DNA of 64,000 nt. It comes from Utricularia gibba. Taxonomy: Eukaryota > Plantae > Magnoliophyta. This document shows positions 25,964-37,212 of the stretch, piece by piece. Both the position numbers and the translations under genes were made by a program. The notes beneath the pieces were generated by a model. It was not told the origin of the DNA. It saw nothing but the letters and a program-made list of their open reading frames with translations, and ran no database searches. The stretch covers positions 1,736,001 through 1,800,000 of the forward strand of contig NEEC01000010.1 in the NCBI GenBank assembly GCA_002189035.1, in the 5' to 3' direction. The first letter of the stretch is position 1. Every line of letters starts with the position of its first letter.

Positions 25964-28900
25964 TTAGGAGAGCTCGTCCACAAGTATGGTTGATTCACTG
26001 CCGATCCCAAGGTCAAACAGAGAGGACATATCATCATCGAGCATCGCCGGTAATGGAGAGCCCTGTACACCAGGGAAGCAAAGCCTTTAGATCATGCAAA
26101 CAAGCTAGAATTTTAATGGTTTGATGGTGGCAAAGGTAACCTCTTCTTGAAGATAAAGTACTGGTTTGATGGACGGCAGCTTGAAGAAGCTTTGGCAAAG
26201 ATTCTTTAGCTTTCCTACCTACAGAAGAAACTAGTGCTTCAGCAAACTCGAAAACACTTCAACACAAAGCTAGAAACAACTGTCTGAAAGAACTTGTGTT
26301 TTTTCAGGGACATTACTGTTGTGGATGCAGGAAGCTTTTTCAGGAGGGGTGCCTTCTCACCCATCGATGCTCCGATGCATTTCAAGGTGATAGCTGCAGT
26401 AATGAGATAATTTTTATGCAATTTGAAGCCTGTGGGGGGTACTATGGATGGATGAACATGTACATAAGATGCATACAAATTAAGCCAGACGCCATCTTCT
26501 GTGGTCCTGATACTCCAATTGTTGGCCGTTCGTCTTCGATTCCATGGGCCCTTTTTAGTTCTGCAAACCTGCATCATGTTATACAGATCAACTCTAAGTG
26601 CAGATGTAGTTGACAAGACAGCGATTCGTCTACCACGGAATGAAAACACTAGAATGGAAGCAAGAAAAAGCCAGATATAGGCAGCAAGAGAACAGAGGTA
26701 TGTAAGAATGCGCTAGATTCACACAGCGCATTGCAAAATGTACTCAAGCTTGAGAAACGCATGCAACCTGGGATGAAGCCTCCGAATTTCTTCAGGAGAA
26801 CCACTTGTTTTCGACATGACTAAGCGCACATACCTGAAGAGGAACAAAGAGATGATCCATCAAGACTCACATCATGCAGTCAAACAGAATGGATTAAGAT
26901 CTTCATCACATGGTTCAAAAGCAGCACACAATACACGAAGGGAAACTGTTGTGCCCCTGGGATCAACTTCCAGTCATTGGAGATAGAACGATGGAGTTGG
27001 TGCAGAACAATTGGTGTGTCCTCTGCAGTAATAGCAACTTGAAGTCGATCCAAGAGACACAACAGAACAGTACCTAATTTCTGAGTCTTTGCGTTCTCGA
27101 GAACTAACCTGCAGAAAACAAGGGTGGGTCAAGAACAGCTTCAGGAACTTCCTTCAGTACATGCAAGAAATAATTACCTCACTCCCGTTAAGTATTTTAA
27201 CCTTTGCTAAACGAGCAGCGATCTCAAACCTTGGTACGCCTCCCTTTCCCACATCTGAAACAGGATTATCAGAGAGCCTAATATCCTACAAAAGGATAAA
27301 AAGGAGTTATTGGGCATTAAGAACAAAGACCAAGTTTTTAAACAGCAAGTGTAATTCATAGGGGCCATATGTGTTCAGTTTGATCTTATCAAAACCTAAT
27401 ATTTTTGGGAGCTTTGATGCACTGCATCTAACCTTTGGACATAAACATCAATAAACAGAACAATAGACCACTTAGAACCAGATAGGTGATGAATCATTGA
27501 GTTATATGATGATATTTTGCAAACAAAATGATGCTTACAATCAGTTTGGGGAAGGAGTTTAGTGAATTGATAGACTCCACATCTTCAATCATGTTCCCCC
27601 CTGAAGGTAATCTCCAATGTAAACAAATAACCAAGCAAAAACTTATCCGTCACATATTATGTGGAGGGCTTTTTCGAAGCTTTACCAAGATGGAAGCTAT
27701 GCAAACTCTTGAAAGGCAAGAGATTTTTATCAAGAGGCTCATACTGAACATTGGAATCATGTTGTCCACCATAATCTGGGTACCAGACATTCTTAATCCT
27801 ATTATTGTTCAAGAAAAGCTGCTCCAAACTGTACGTAAGAACAAAATAAAATGTCAGAAACACCTATGTATGCCTCTGAGTCCTACGTGTGCAAAAATGA
27901 GGAAACTAGAACAACTCCGTCCAAGTTACCAGCACAAATGAGAAAGCTTCAGCACTTCATCCCAGGTAGATATACTGTTGTTATCTAGGTCAAGAAGTCT
28001 CAAATAGTTAAAGCCTTCAACCGCATTCGAGGACACAGGCTTGACAAGCAAAATAGATCCTTAGGCTACACAGATATTAAAACTTTCTACGGTACAGAAG
28101 AAATGCGAACAGCATGACAACTTGTGTATTATCACCAAAGAGATAAATGAAGACACAAGTATATTGACAATTGAGCAAACCATTATTTCTCTTAAGTGGT
28201 TTCCAGCAGCATGCAGCTCATTCATATGAGGGAATGCACGATTCAAAGCCTGTATCTGCATTATTTTGTAACAAAGGAAAAAATCAAGCCATGAGCTTTG
28301 GTGATTGCGAAAAAAAAGAGAGACGATAAAACTGCAGGAGAGATGAGTCCAACCTGCTTCCAAGTTATTCCTACATGGTTCAGTACTAGAATGCAAATCC
28401 GACTCTGCTGGTATACATTTTCTATATCAGAGGACATGAGATTGCTGGATAGATTGAGGGTTGTAAGGGCAACCAAACTTTCACAGATAAGAAACACGTC
28501 CTACAAGAATAGGAAAAAATATTCCTCGTTCTTCATGACATGCGCTTTGCAATATATTGGCTACAGAAAGATAAAGACATACTTTCCAATTCACAAGCAA
28601 GTTACCAGTCAAGTCAAGCTCCTTTAAATCTGCACTCAAAGTTAAAGTTGAAGTTAAACATTTAGCAAATAAAATTCAAGTTTACAACCAAAACGGAAAG
28701 GATGGAAATGCCATGAAAAGCACTTACTAGGCAGAGTTGAGGACACAACATTTGGATCCCCAGGAGAACTAACCCCGAGATAAGACAAAGATGCAGACGT
28801 CATTTCCTCAAAACGGCTCAGTTTGTCCTCAATTTTTTCTTTTCCAAGAAGCTGAATTGATACTCTTCGGTTTCTTGCCGAAAGAACGTACATTTCTTCT

Positions 28901-29364
28901 GAAAAGAAACACAGATGTGCATTAGCATACACCAATGATCAGCACATTCGGCAACGGAACAACATTTTGATACCCTCTTCCAACTAAGAACACCATAGAC
29001 AAAGGAAGGACATGAATCTTCTGTACCCTACCACTTTACCTTCTTCTTCCTTGGAAGAGGCACCTCGATACCGCGTTTCGAGCGCTTCTATGAGTGACAC
29101 GCCAGCACTAAGATTTTGCGGCCTCAAGAATGACGCTGTTCTGGGTCCCCTAGCGGCAAAATATCTAATGCCACCATGGGAACCATCGTGCTTGCCTTCA
29201 CCGTCAGCGTCCCAATCGACCCCGATCCAGTCATCGGAGTATCCCGCCAAAGGCCCCACATATTTGACAGTGCCGGTTCTGGTTGGGTTCCCGGCGTAGT
29301 GAACCCTTTGTCCAACAAGAAATGGTTCTCCTTTGCATGACGCATCTTGTTGGCTTCCCTGCAT
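25964..29364 (-). CDS. TFCE: Tubulin-folding cofactor E (CAP-Gly, LRR, ubiquitin-like)
   Basis: GQRVH...GTVKYVGP...WIGVDWD...GKHDGS CAP-Gly domain, LRR exons (LDLSSNL, LEQLFLNNN), UBL C-terminus GSPLPAMLDDDMSSLFDLGIGSESTILVDELS*. Confidence 0.93.
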
Positions 29365-30198
29365 ACTCAGCACTAAACCTCCGGTCACCTCTCCCACGGA
29401 ATTTCTACTTCGGCAAATCACACTGATCTCTTTGAAGAAACTAAAAAATGAATCTTGTTCTGACTACCGAGTTTCTAGTGTACGTGAATTGACAAAAATA
29501 GCCATCGTAATCGGTCGCCTTCTGTCTTCTTCCGTGAAGTACGATAAACCGTAGGATGCTCTCTCAAGAACAAGGGAACCCTAGAGTTTTCCTTTCTCCA
29601 TCTTCTTGATTTCTGAACCCCGGGTTCATTATCTGGCGGAAGAGTATTGTTCCGGATATTTCCCGATGGAAAGGCATGCAATCTTTTATTTTTCTTAGTC
29701 TTCACAGTTAACGGATCATCGCATTGAGGGGTTATGAATGGGAGTAGGATCCGAGCATTTTATTTAGCCTACTCGGTTGGAAAGCGGTGCTTTGTGTATT
29801 GTAGTTGTTTGTGTTTCTATTCTGTTCACCATGTGCTACGCAAGCTTGGATTCTGGAGAGGGAAGTGATTTGTGATTGTGTGGCGGGCTTTGTCATGAGT
29901 TGTTAGCTTGTTCTCTGTTTTCAGCTTTTTACCGTTGTAGGACAGATCTCAACATCTAGAATGTGTATCCTTCACAAAATTATGTTGGAAATGTATTGTC
30001 AGTTTTTTGTTGCCTACACTTTATGGAAACACTGTATTGCTGTTTTGTGCCCATTTCTGAAGTGTTTGTATTTCTTCTGGACACCTGCATTACATGTTTT
30101 TTCTGATTGCAGTTATTGAAAAGAAGGTTACTTTTGTGGGAGGAAACAGGTGTATGTAAACAAAGTTTTATCTCTCAATTCAACAAGATCAAATACAC

Positions 30199-30942
30199 AT
30201 GGGGGAGCTTCTAGCACTTTCACCATCATCCTTGATGCTATTATGTCAGTCGCCGAGACGAGGACAGTTTTCTATCAGGTCCGGGGTGACATCCCTTTCA
30301 ATGAATTCCATTGAGTGTATGATATCATCTAAGAGAATCAAGTTTCCTGCATCATATCTCGAGAGGAATCACGCCTCCTGGAAGACCGGAGCTAGTGTTG
30401 TATCAGACTCAACGATGCCTACCACTTTCACTGCTGATTCGCCTGGAAAAGATGTTGAGATTTTACCCGATTCCGGTGGATCGGATGATATATTCAATGG
30501 GCCAAACAATGGTGGAGATGGAGGAGGAGGAGGAGGAAGGGGTGGTGGTGGTGATGGGAGTGATAATCCTTCTGGTAGAAGCGAGGATAAGAGCGGCGAC
30601 GATTCCATGCGACGAGGCATATCGATGTCACAGAAACTCACTCTTGGATACTCTGCGTTGGTCGGAATTGGTGGGCTGTTGGGGTTCCTCAAGGGTGGTA
30701 GCAACAAGTCTTTGATAGCTGGTGGAGCTTCAGCTGCCCTTTTAGTTGCCATTTACGCTCTACTTCCATCAAATCCTGTTTTGGCTTCATCTCTTGGCTT
30801 TGGCGTGTCTGCTGCTCTTCTTGTTGTGATGGGATCCCGCTTCAAGAACTCCGGGAAGATCTTCCCCGCCGGAGTCGTCTCCGGTGCCTCGCTTGTTATG
30901 GCAGGTGGATATATACATGGAATCCTCCGTAGTCTGCACTAA
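30199..30942 (+). CDS. FAX2: Plastid FATTY ACID EXPORT (TMEM14 family) protein, intronless CDS
   Basis: Transit-peptide-like N-terminus, Gly-rich linker, MSQKLTLGYSALVGIGGLLGFLKGGSNKSLIAGG...KIFPAGVVS...GGYIHGILRSLH*. Confidence 0.88.
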   Translation: MGELLALSPSSLMLLCQSPRRGQFSIRSGVTSLSMNSIECMISSKRIKFPASYLERNHASWKTGASVVSDSTMPTTFTADSPGKDVEILPDSGGSDDIFNGPNNGGDGGGGGGRGGGGDGSDNPSGRSEDKSGDDSMRRGISMSQKLTLGYSALVGIGGLLGFLKGGSNKSLIAGGASAALLVAIYALLPSNPVLASSLGFGVSAALLVVMGSRFKNSGKIFPAGVVSGASLVMAGGYIHGILRSLH

Positions 30943-31357
30943 TCATCCATCATCTTTTACTGCTGCTGCTTCCCTTCTGCTCAGTGTAGACACTTGTGTA
31001 GCTCTGTTCACGTTTTGGTTGGACACGTTGCGGACACGCGTGCGTCTGGTTGTTGCTAGCCACCGTGTCCGTGACACCCCACGATGGTTTATGTTTCCGT
31101 TCCCTGTCTTAATAAGCTTGTGGCTTTGTTGGGCCGTTGCTGGGCCAGGCCTGTACAAGTTCGCGCTTTTCATCGAGTAAGGAGAGGGGCCCATGACAAG
31201 CCACGTAGGCACTAATGCATTTTTCACCACTTCTGATAAACTAGGTTGAAATGGAAGTTCGAAATGGCGTCTAGAAATTTGGTAACAGAACTTGTGAAAC
31301 GTTGGTCTAATCCGACGGAGGGTTTTGCGATTTGAAATAGTTGGTCAATGCTCGGGA

Positions 31358-31920
31358 ATGGAAGAAGGATCCAAGCTAGAATCTTTGCCGGAAGATGGAG
31401 AAAACGCCACTAACGATGCTAACGTTCCTCTTCGTTCCTGGACTCGGTAGTGAGTGGACTATCGTTCAATCTTCACGATTTTTCATGATCTCAAATATCT
31501 GTGGCTGTGATTCGACTGGAGATTACGAGGCTTCCACAGGAACCTGAAGTGCATGAAAGGAGTTTAAAAGTGGTGATCATCGGATTTTTGTTGGAGTCTT
31601 TATTGGCTGAGTATTGAATGCATTTTTGTGTAGAAGAATATGTCCTGGTACATTTGAGTACTTTACCAACATTGGTTTATGTTTGAGGGACAAAAGAACG
31701 GATGGCAATAGAGCTGCATCGCAAAAGTTTGCGCCTTTAAACTGGTCTAGCTATTTGGACCAAGAAGAAGATGTTCATATCTCAGGCATGTTAGTGGCGT
31801 GATAGTTTCCACTTCTTTACTTTTCACATTAGTCTTCCCGAAGCCTTTCTTCTTCGATTTGGTCCAGGTTTTTCATCTTTACAAAGCAGGAACTGAAGGC
31901 CTGGTTTTTTTATGTCTCCC
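31358..31920 (+). pseudogene. PPME1: 5'-truncated remnant (first three exons only) of protein phosphatase methylesterase 1
   Basis: MEEGSKLESLPED...|RAASQKFAPLNWSSYLDQEEDVHISG|VFHLYKAGTEGLVFLCL resembles the PPME1 N-terminus (KYSPVEWKSYFDKEDD, VFHVYMAGNEGPVVFCLHGGG). Similarity stops before HGGG and no GHSMGG motif follows. Confidence 0.65.
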
Positions 31921-32210
31921 TCAAATGTTTTTTCATTATGTTTCTCATCGGATCATATGTTTTACCACAGAAGTCGTGTTTTGCAGATTCCGGGAACTCG
32001 GGGTTCATCAACAAACAATTGAGCATGGTAACAGAAATGATTGGCGTACTCGGATTGTCTGTGTTGTTGTCTGCTCATGATCTTCCTGTTACATACCCTA
32101 CGACCAGAAGTGTCTGAACAAAGAACCTTCCTCATGTGGCTACATGAGTTTTAAATCAGAAAGGAAACAAGAACAAGATCTCCACTGGAAACAAAACAAA
32201 GCAACGTCAC

Positions 32211-32880
32211 TCAATTTGCTGTGGATTCCTTGAGGTACGCAATGAGGTCAGCTCGCTGTTGAGGATTCTCGAGTCCAGAAAAAGCTATCTTCTTCCCAGG
32301 TGTGTACTGTGTTCAACCAATCACAAACTTCAGGTCTATCATTCATCACAGGAAAAACAAGTTTCTCTCAAGAAAGTCGAGGAACAGAGTATGTGTACTA
32401 TTGGATCTATGTTATATGAGGGAATGTGAACCATGGTACAGCAAAAAAAAGCACCATAATAAAGGGATGATCCGAGGCCAAAACCTCCATAATCCATTTG
32501 TGCCTACTGATGCATTTACCTTTTTGGGGTTGAGTAGATATTCATAGAGGGTGTCCTCCTCCCATATGACACCATCCGCATTCTTAGTAGCCGCAGAATA
32601 TGAAAACCCAGGGCTTGTTCCCGACTGCTTTCCAAACAGTCCATTGAGGTTTGGCCCTAAACATCATTCACAAGCTTTCAGCAGAGGCTCATTCGTATGA
32701 TAGGAAACAAGCTTTTACTCAGGAAGAACCCTGGGTTTGGGAAAGTCTGAAGAAGGTACGCATATTACCATGTTTATGGGGAGCTCCCTTTTCAAGGCTG
32801 TGGCAAAAGCCACACTTTGTCTTGAATAGTTTTTCTCCCGCGTCTCTGTTTCCCGGAGGAGCTTCTGCAAACGTCGCCAT
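32211..32880 (-). CDS. CYTC: Divergent mitochondrial-type cytochrome c, 3 exons, intact ORF, Met80 replaced by Ile
   Basis: [37 protein letters not shown]|[46 protein letters not shown]|[35 protein letters not shown] junctions are in phase. Confidence 0.93.
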
Positions 32881-33130
32881 TTTGATCGAGGGTTCCACCC
32901 AGTCGGGGATGAAGGAGCTCGAAGGGGTCGCCGAATTTGACAGTCAGCGGAGTTTACAGATCATTAAATAGGGATGTGGAGATCTATGGGTTTCATCTCT
33001 TTTCAGTGGGCGCTGCGTGACCCGCCTGTGGTGCAGTATGGGTATCCCTAATCTATGCAACTCTCTAGAACAAGAAAATTGTGGCCAATGGGAGTCTTAC
33101 ACGTGTGTATCCTGTCATCGTTCTCCTTTG

Positions 33131-33968
33131 ATGGCCACGGCTGCACCCCGCCGCACGCACTCTTCTTCTTGTTAGCCCACTAAACCCATCTCCGGGATTC
33201 CTTCTAGCTGCCCAGTAAGGAATGTGGCGGGTAAAGCCACCGATTTGTCACAGCCATCCTGGTCTTCCTCTGCAGAAGCCGAAGAAGGCAGCAGTAGCGG
33301 ATTGGGTTCCGGTGGTACCGCTGGCGGCGCTGCCTAAAGGAGATCTTCTCATTGTCATACGGAGCGGGGAGGCAATTTTGCTCGTGTGTTGCAAAAATGA
33401 GGTCTTTGGCATTGAGAATAGGCCTCCGAGAGGTACATGTTTGTTCTATTGCCTCAAAGGGTTTGTTCAGTCCACTCAACGAATGATCTCATAAGAACAG
33501 AAATGGGTTCTGGGTCCCGGATTGAGGATTAAGATTAGAGAGGAATCTAGAGATCTAATGAATCATAGATTTACCCATTTTGTTCTAGCGGTTTAATGTG
33601 AATCCTGGCCTAGCACTTGGCTTCAAATTCGCTCTGCATATGCGATCCTGATCTTGAAGCAGCTTACTTCTAGGCTTGGCGATTGGTGATTGGAAAGATT
33701 TCTTCTTGGATACTAGAGTTTCCCTTTTAGAAGTGTTCTCCCCTGGTTAATGCTTAACATTTGGAAATCTGTTGCCGAGAGACTTGTGCATTATGCGTTT
33801 TATGTGCTGCAGGATGGATGCACTGTTTGTCCTTCTACTGAAAGCACATTTGATTCAAGAACGGGAGGGATCAAGGACTGTTATCCCAGGAGTCCTGTAC
33901 TGAGAGCTCCCACTCCACCTCTAGCAACCCTCTTCCTCTATCCCTTGAAAATCCAGGATGAGACATGA
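33131..33968 (+). pseudogene. PSB33: Pseudogene of PSB33 (Rieske-like thylakoid protein)
   Basis: KATD..., WVPVVPLAALPKG...GEAILL...NEVFGIENR, and exon 2 DGCTVCPSTESTFD...YPRSPVLR. In-frame TAG at 33173-33175, frameshift near 33300, conserved Trp residues changed to Cys, stop before the C-terminal TM region. Confidence 0.8.
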
Positions 33969-34954
33969 AAGATGCACCCAGGCATTTGAGTTAGAACATC
34001 AGGAAATATTGTTCGCTTTGCCACTGTTACCCCTCATCATGTGCAAATGAATTTTTATTTACTATATCGAAAAAAATCTTTTTTACTTTAATACTTTTAA
34101 TTATATCCACATTTAATTATATTCACAACCACACAGGTCCCTTGGAGACGCTTATTATACACACCATGGATTACATCTCGTGTTTTATTTAATATTTAAA
34201 ATATTCAACGAAGCACGCTGAAATTGACCCAAATCACTCGTTTTTTTTTGCGTGAAAAGTCAACGGACTTTCGGTGGTTGACTTTCAAAGTTCAGGAGCA
34301 CGTCGGCACCGCACGTCCACCATTAGAATCGTTGTCGGGCTTCGGACATAAAAAATCAGCATGTTATTTTAACATTTTTGGTATTCAAATGGTACCCGGT
34401 TTCACACTCGCATTCCCATTGTACGGTATTATTGTGTAAAATGGGAATTATATATATACGATCATTCTAAATCTATTTTTATTAATTCGATCAAAAATCA
34501 AGTCTTTACTAGAAAATATTGTTGTTGGCGGTTGCCTACTTGTAGGTGCATGGGGCATTGACCACGTTTCATTGTAAACCTTTCGATAAAACTCTAGATA
34601 TAATTTAACTTTACATTAAATTGATTTTAAATTAAACTACTATTTTAATTTAAAAACTTCTTATCAAATACATATATTAAATAAAATATACTTTCAAACC
34701 ACGCACTAACTAATGGTTTTAGATTTTACTTAGAAGAATGTATTGTGTAATATTTATTTGATCATTTTGTTTATTCTTTTCATTTTATGTGTAATAATAA
34801 ACTTGAAAATGAATATAAATAATTGAAATAATTGTCATAAGGTATGAACTTGGTGGACAAAAAAAAGTTTAATTTGAAGTCTCCTTGGCGGGTTGGAATA
34901 TATTAAGGTTATGTATGTGGACACGAATCATCTCCCTCCGGTGATAAGGAAGCG

Positions 34955-35320
34955 ATGAGCAGCGGTTCCTCTTCCTCTCCTACCGCCGCCATGCCCAAGT
35001 TCAAAGGTGTAAGAACACGTAAATGGGGCAAATACGTGTCCGAAATCCGGGTTCCCGGTAGCACCGAGCGTCTCTGGCTGGGAACTTACTCCACCGCGGA
35101 GGCCGCAGCCGTGGCCCATGACGTCGCATTTTACTGCCTCCGGGGGGATTCCTCGCCTCAAAGTCTCAACTTCCAGTTGTCCTTGCCGGAGGGAGCCCGT
35201 GTCGGATTGTCACCGCGGTCGGTGCAGAGGGTAGCCTGCGACGCCGGAATGGCGGTTGATGCCCGTTTACGTGATTCGCCGCCGCAGCAGGATCAGAGCC
35301 GCACGGCGGGGAACCTGTAG
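34955..35320 (+). CDS. AP2/ERF transcription factor, DREB A-5 / ERF020-like, intronless
   Basis: [50 protein letters not shown]...LNF...[18 protein letters not shown]. Confidence 0.92.
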   Translation: MSSGSSSSPTAAMPKFKGVRTRKWGKYVSEIRVPGSTERLWLGTYSTAEAAAVAHDVAFYCLRGDSSPQSLNFQLSLPEGARVGLSPRSVQRVACDAGMAVDARLRDSPPQQDQSRTAGNL

Positions 35321-36183
35321 ATAGATATCTGGGTTCACGATTCCAAGTAGGATGCCGTTGTTATTTTTCTTTGCTAGTTGGGGAATGAATGTATTTTTCT
35401 CGGTCGTGTCTCCGGTCGAAGTCGTCGCTGTTCGGCGGCGTTTCTTGTCGGCATTTGGTTCTCAATTTATAGATTACTCATGGGTTTAGTCAAACTAAAA
35501 AATAATTAATTATATATTACTGCAAAACATGTAAAAAAGACACATTTTTAGTGCTTTCAGGGAAGAACAAAAGCACCATTATGTTGCAATCAGAGTTAAC
35601 TGAGCCCAGAAGCGAGATCATTTACCTTGTCCAAGTAAGTGATGGATTCATCGAGGAAGCTTCCAACTTATTCCCTGAACTTAAGCTCCCACTGCAAGAT
35701 CTGTTCCTCTTTTTGCAGACTGGTAAGTACCTTGCTGCACCCCACAAAAGCGCCAACTTGCTATCTTGGTAGAACCCAAAAAGAGAAGGAAAGAAGATGG
35801 TTGTTCTGCATCAGAAGAGCAAATCCATGCTTTGGGATGCAGATTCAGATTGAGAAAGAACCAAAGATGAGATTTTGACTTACGGGGATGTAAGATTTTT
35901 GTACAGTTTTCGTGTGATGGGGGTGTCTTAAGAATTAAGATGGAGGCATGCAGGCAATGGATATGGAAGTTCTGCACGAGTTGATTGTCTTTTATAACCT
36001 CACCTACTTCACCTTTGCTTCCAAAAGGGTCACCAAATATTCGATCTGATGTCCCCATCGAACATCAACAAATCCTTTGTTTACAAGCAAAATCAGGGGC
36101 AGTTGAAGCCAAATAGCTTCCTTTTTTTCCTGCATCTCCATCTTCCTCGCAGCGGCAGAAGACAGAGGAACCTTTCTTGAAAC

Positions 36184-37023
36184 ATGAGAGCCAGGCCACA
36201 ATTGTCCTTCAGCCTCAAGGTCATTCTTCTTGGTTGCTTGTTCATTTCTCTTCTCTTTTTACTGCATAAATCGGCTAACTCATACACTGAAGAGACGAGC
36301 CAACCAAGTTGTCACACTCTTTCTTCTGCTCCTGCAACATCTTCTTGCACCAAAATTCCATCTTCTTTAGCCACTGCCATCGTTCACTATGCAACTTTAA
36401 ACATCACACCCCAGCAAACAATCGAAGAGATATCGATAACCCTCCGGGTACTCGAGGCGAAGTCTCCTTGCAACTTCTTGGTTTTCGGATTAGGCCGCGA
36501 CAGTCTCATGTGGACGTCTCTCAACCATGGCGGAAGGACGGTTTTTCTTGAAGAAGACAAGAGCTGGATCGAGCAGATCCAGAGACAAATCCCTTCTTTA
36601 GAAGCATACCATGTTGTTTACAACACCAAGTTGACTCAAGCTGATGAGCTGCTTGACCTCAGCAAAACAGAGGACTGCACAAATGTCGTTGATCCAAGGC
36701 TCTCGAAGTGCAGACTTTCATTGAAGAATTTGCCTGCTGAGGTTTACAATGTGGAGTGGGATCTGATCATGGTTGATGCCCCAACCGGGTACTTCGACGG
36801 AGCACCGGGGAGAATGAGTGCAATCTACACAGCTGGTCTGATGGCTAGAAACAGAGAAAATGGTGAGACTGATGTGTTTGTACATGATGTGAACAGAGAA
36901 GTTGAGCACAAGTTTTCAAAAGCGTTGCTCTGTGATGGTTTTCTGAGAGAAGAAGAAGGGAGACTGAGGCATTTCACCATCCCCAGCTACAGAACTCGTC
37001 AAGGAAGAAACTTTTGTCCTTGA
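36184..37023 (+). CDS. GXM: Glucuronoxylan 4-O-methyltransferase (DUF579)
   Basis: N-terminal TM, NITPQQT, PCNFLVFGLG, NHGGRTVFLEED, WDLIMVDAPTGY, GRMSAIYTAG, TDVFVHDV. Confidence 0.95.
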   Translation: MRARPQLSFSLKVILLGCLFISLLFLLHKSANSYTEETSQPSCHTLSSAPATSSCTKIPSSLATAIVHYATLNITPQQTIEEISITLRVLEAKSPCNFLVFGLGRDSLMWTSLNHGGRTVFLEEDKSWIEQIQRQIPSLEAYHVVYNTKLTQADELLDLSKTEDCTNVVDPRLSKCRLSLKNLPAEVYNVEWDLIMVDAPTGYFDGAPGRMSAIYTAGLMARNRENGETDVFVHDVNREVEHKFSKALLCDGFLREEEGRLRHFTIPSYRTRQGRNFCP

Positions 37024-37212
37024 AAACGGTTTACTGTTCAGTGCTTCATATCTTTGAGAAAGTACTGCATTGTTACTTGTCATTACTATTTTTTAGCACA
37101 TTTCGAGATGTGGTTATGTTATGGCAATTGCAACATCAAATGAAGCCTCATCAAAACTGCTGACGAGTTGCAGGGGAGAACATTTTCTAGCACTGATGAT
37201 GATATATCAACA

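Noticed and set aside
30199-30942. Intronless FAX2 as a retrocopy
   Set aside because: It has an apparent 5'-UTR intron (acceptor near 30110), no poly(A) or TSD, and an intact ORF.
35027-35050. WGKYVSEIR instead of WGKWVSEIR in the ERF
   Set aside because: An aromatic residue (W, F or Y) is tolerated at this position across AP2/ERF groups.
35540-36150. Splice-like sites and short ORFs upstream of GXM
   Set aside because: No coherent exon phase or recognisable protein could be assembled.
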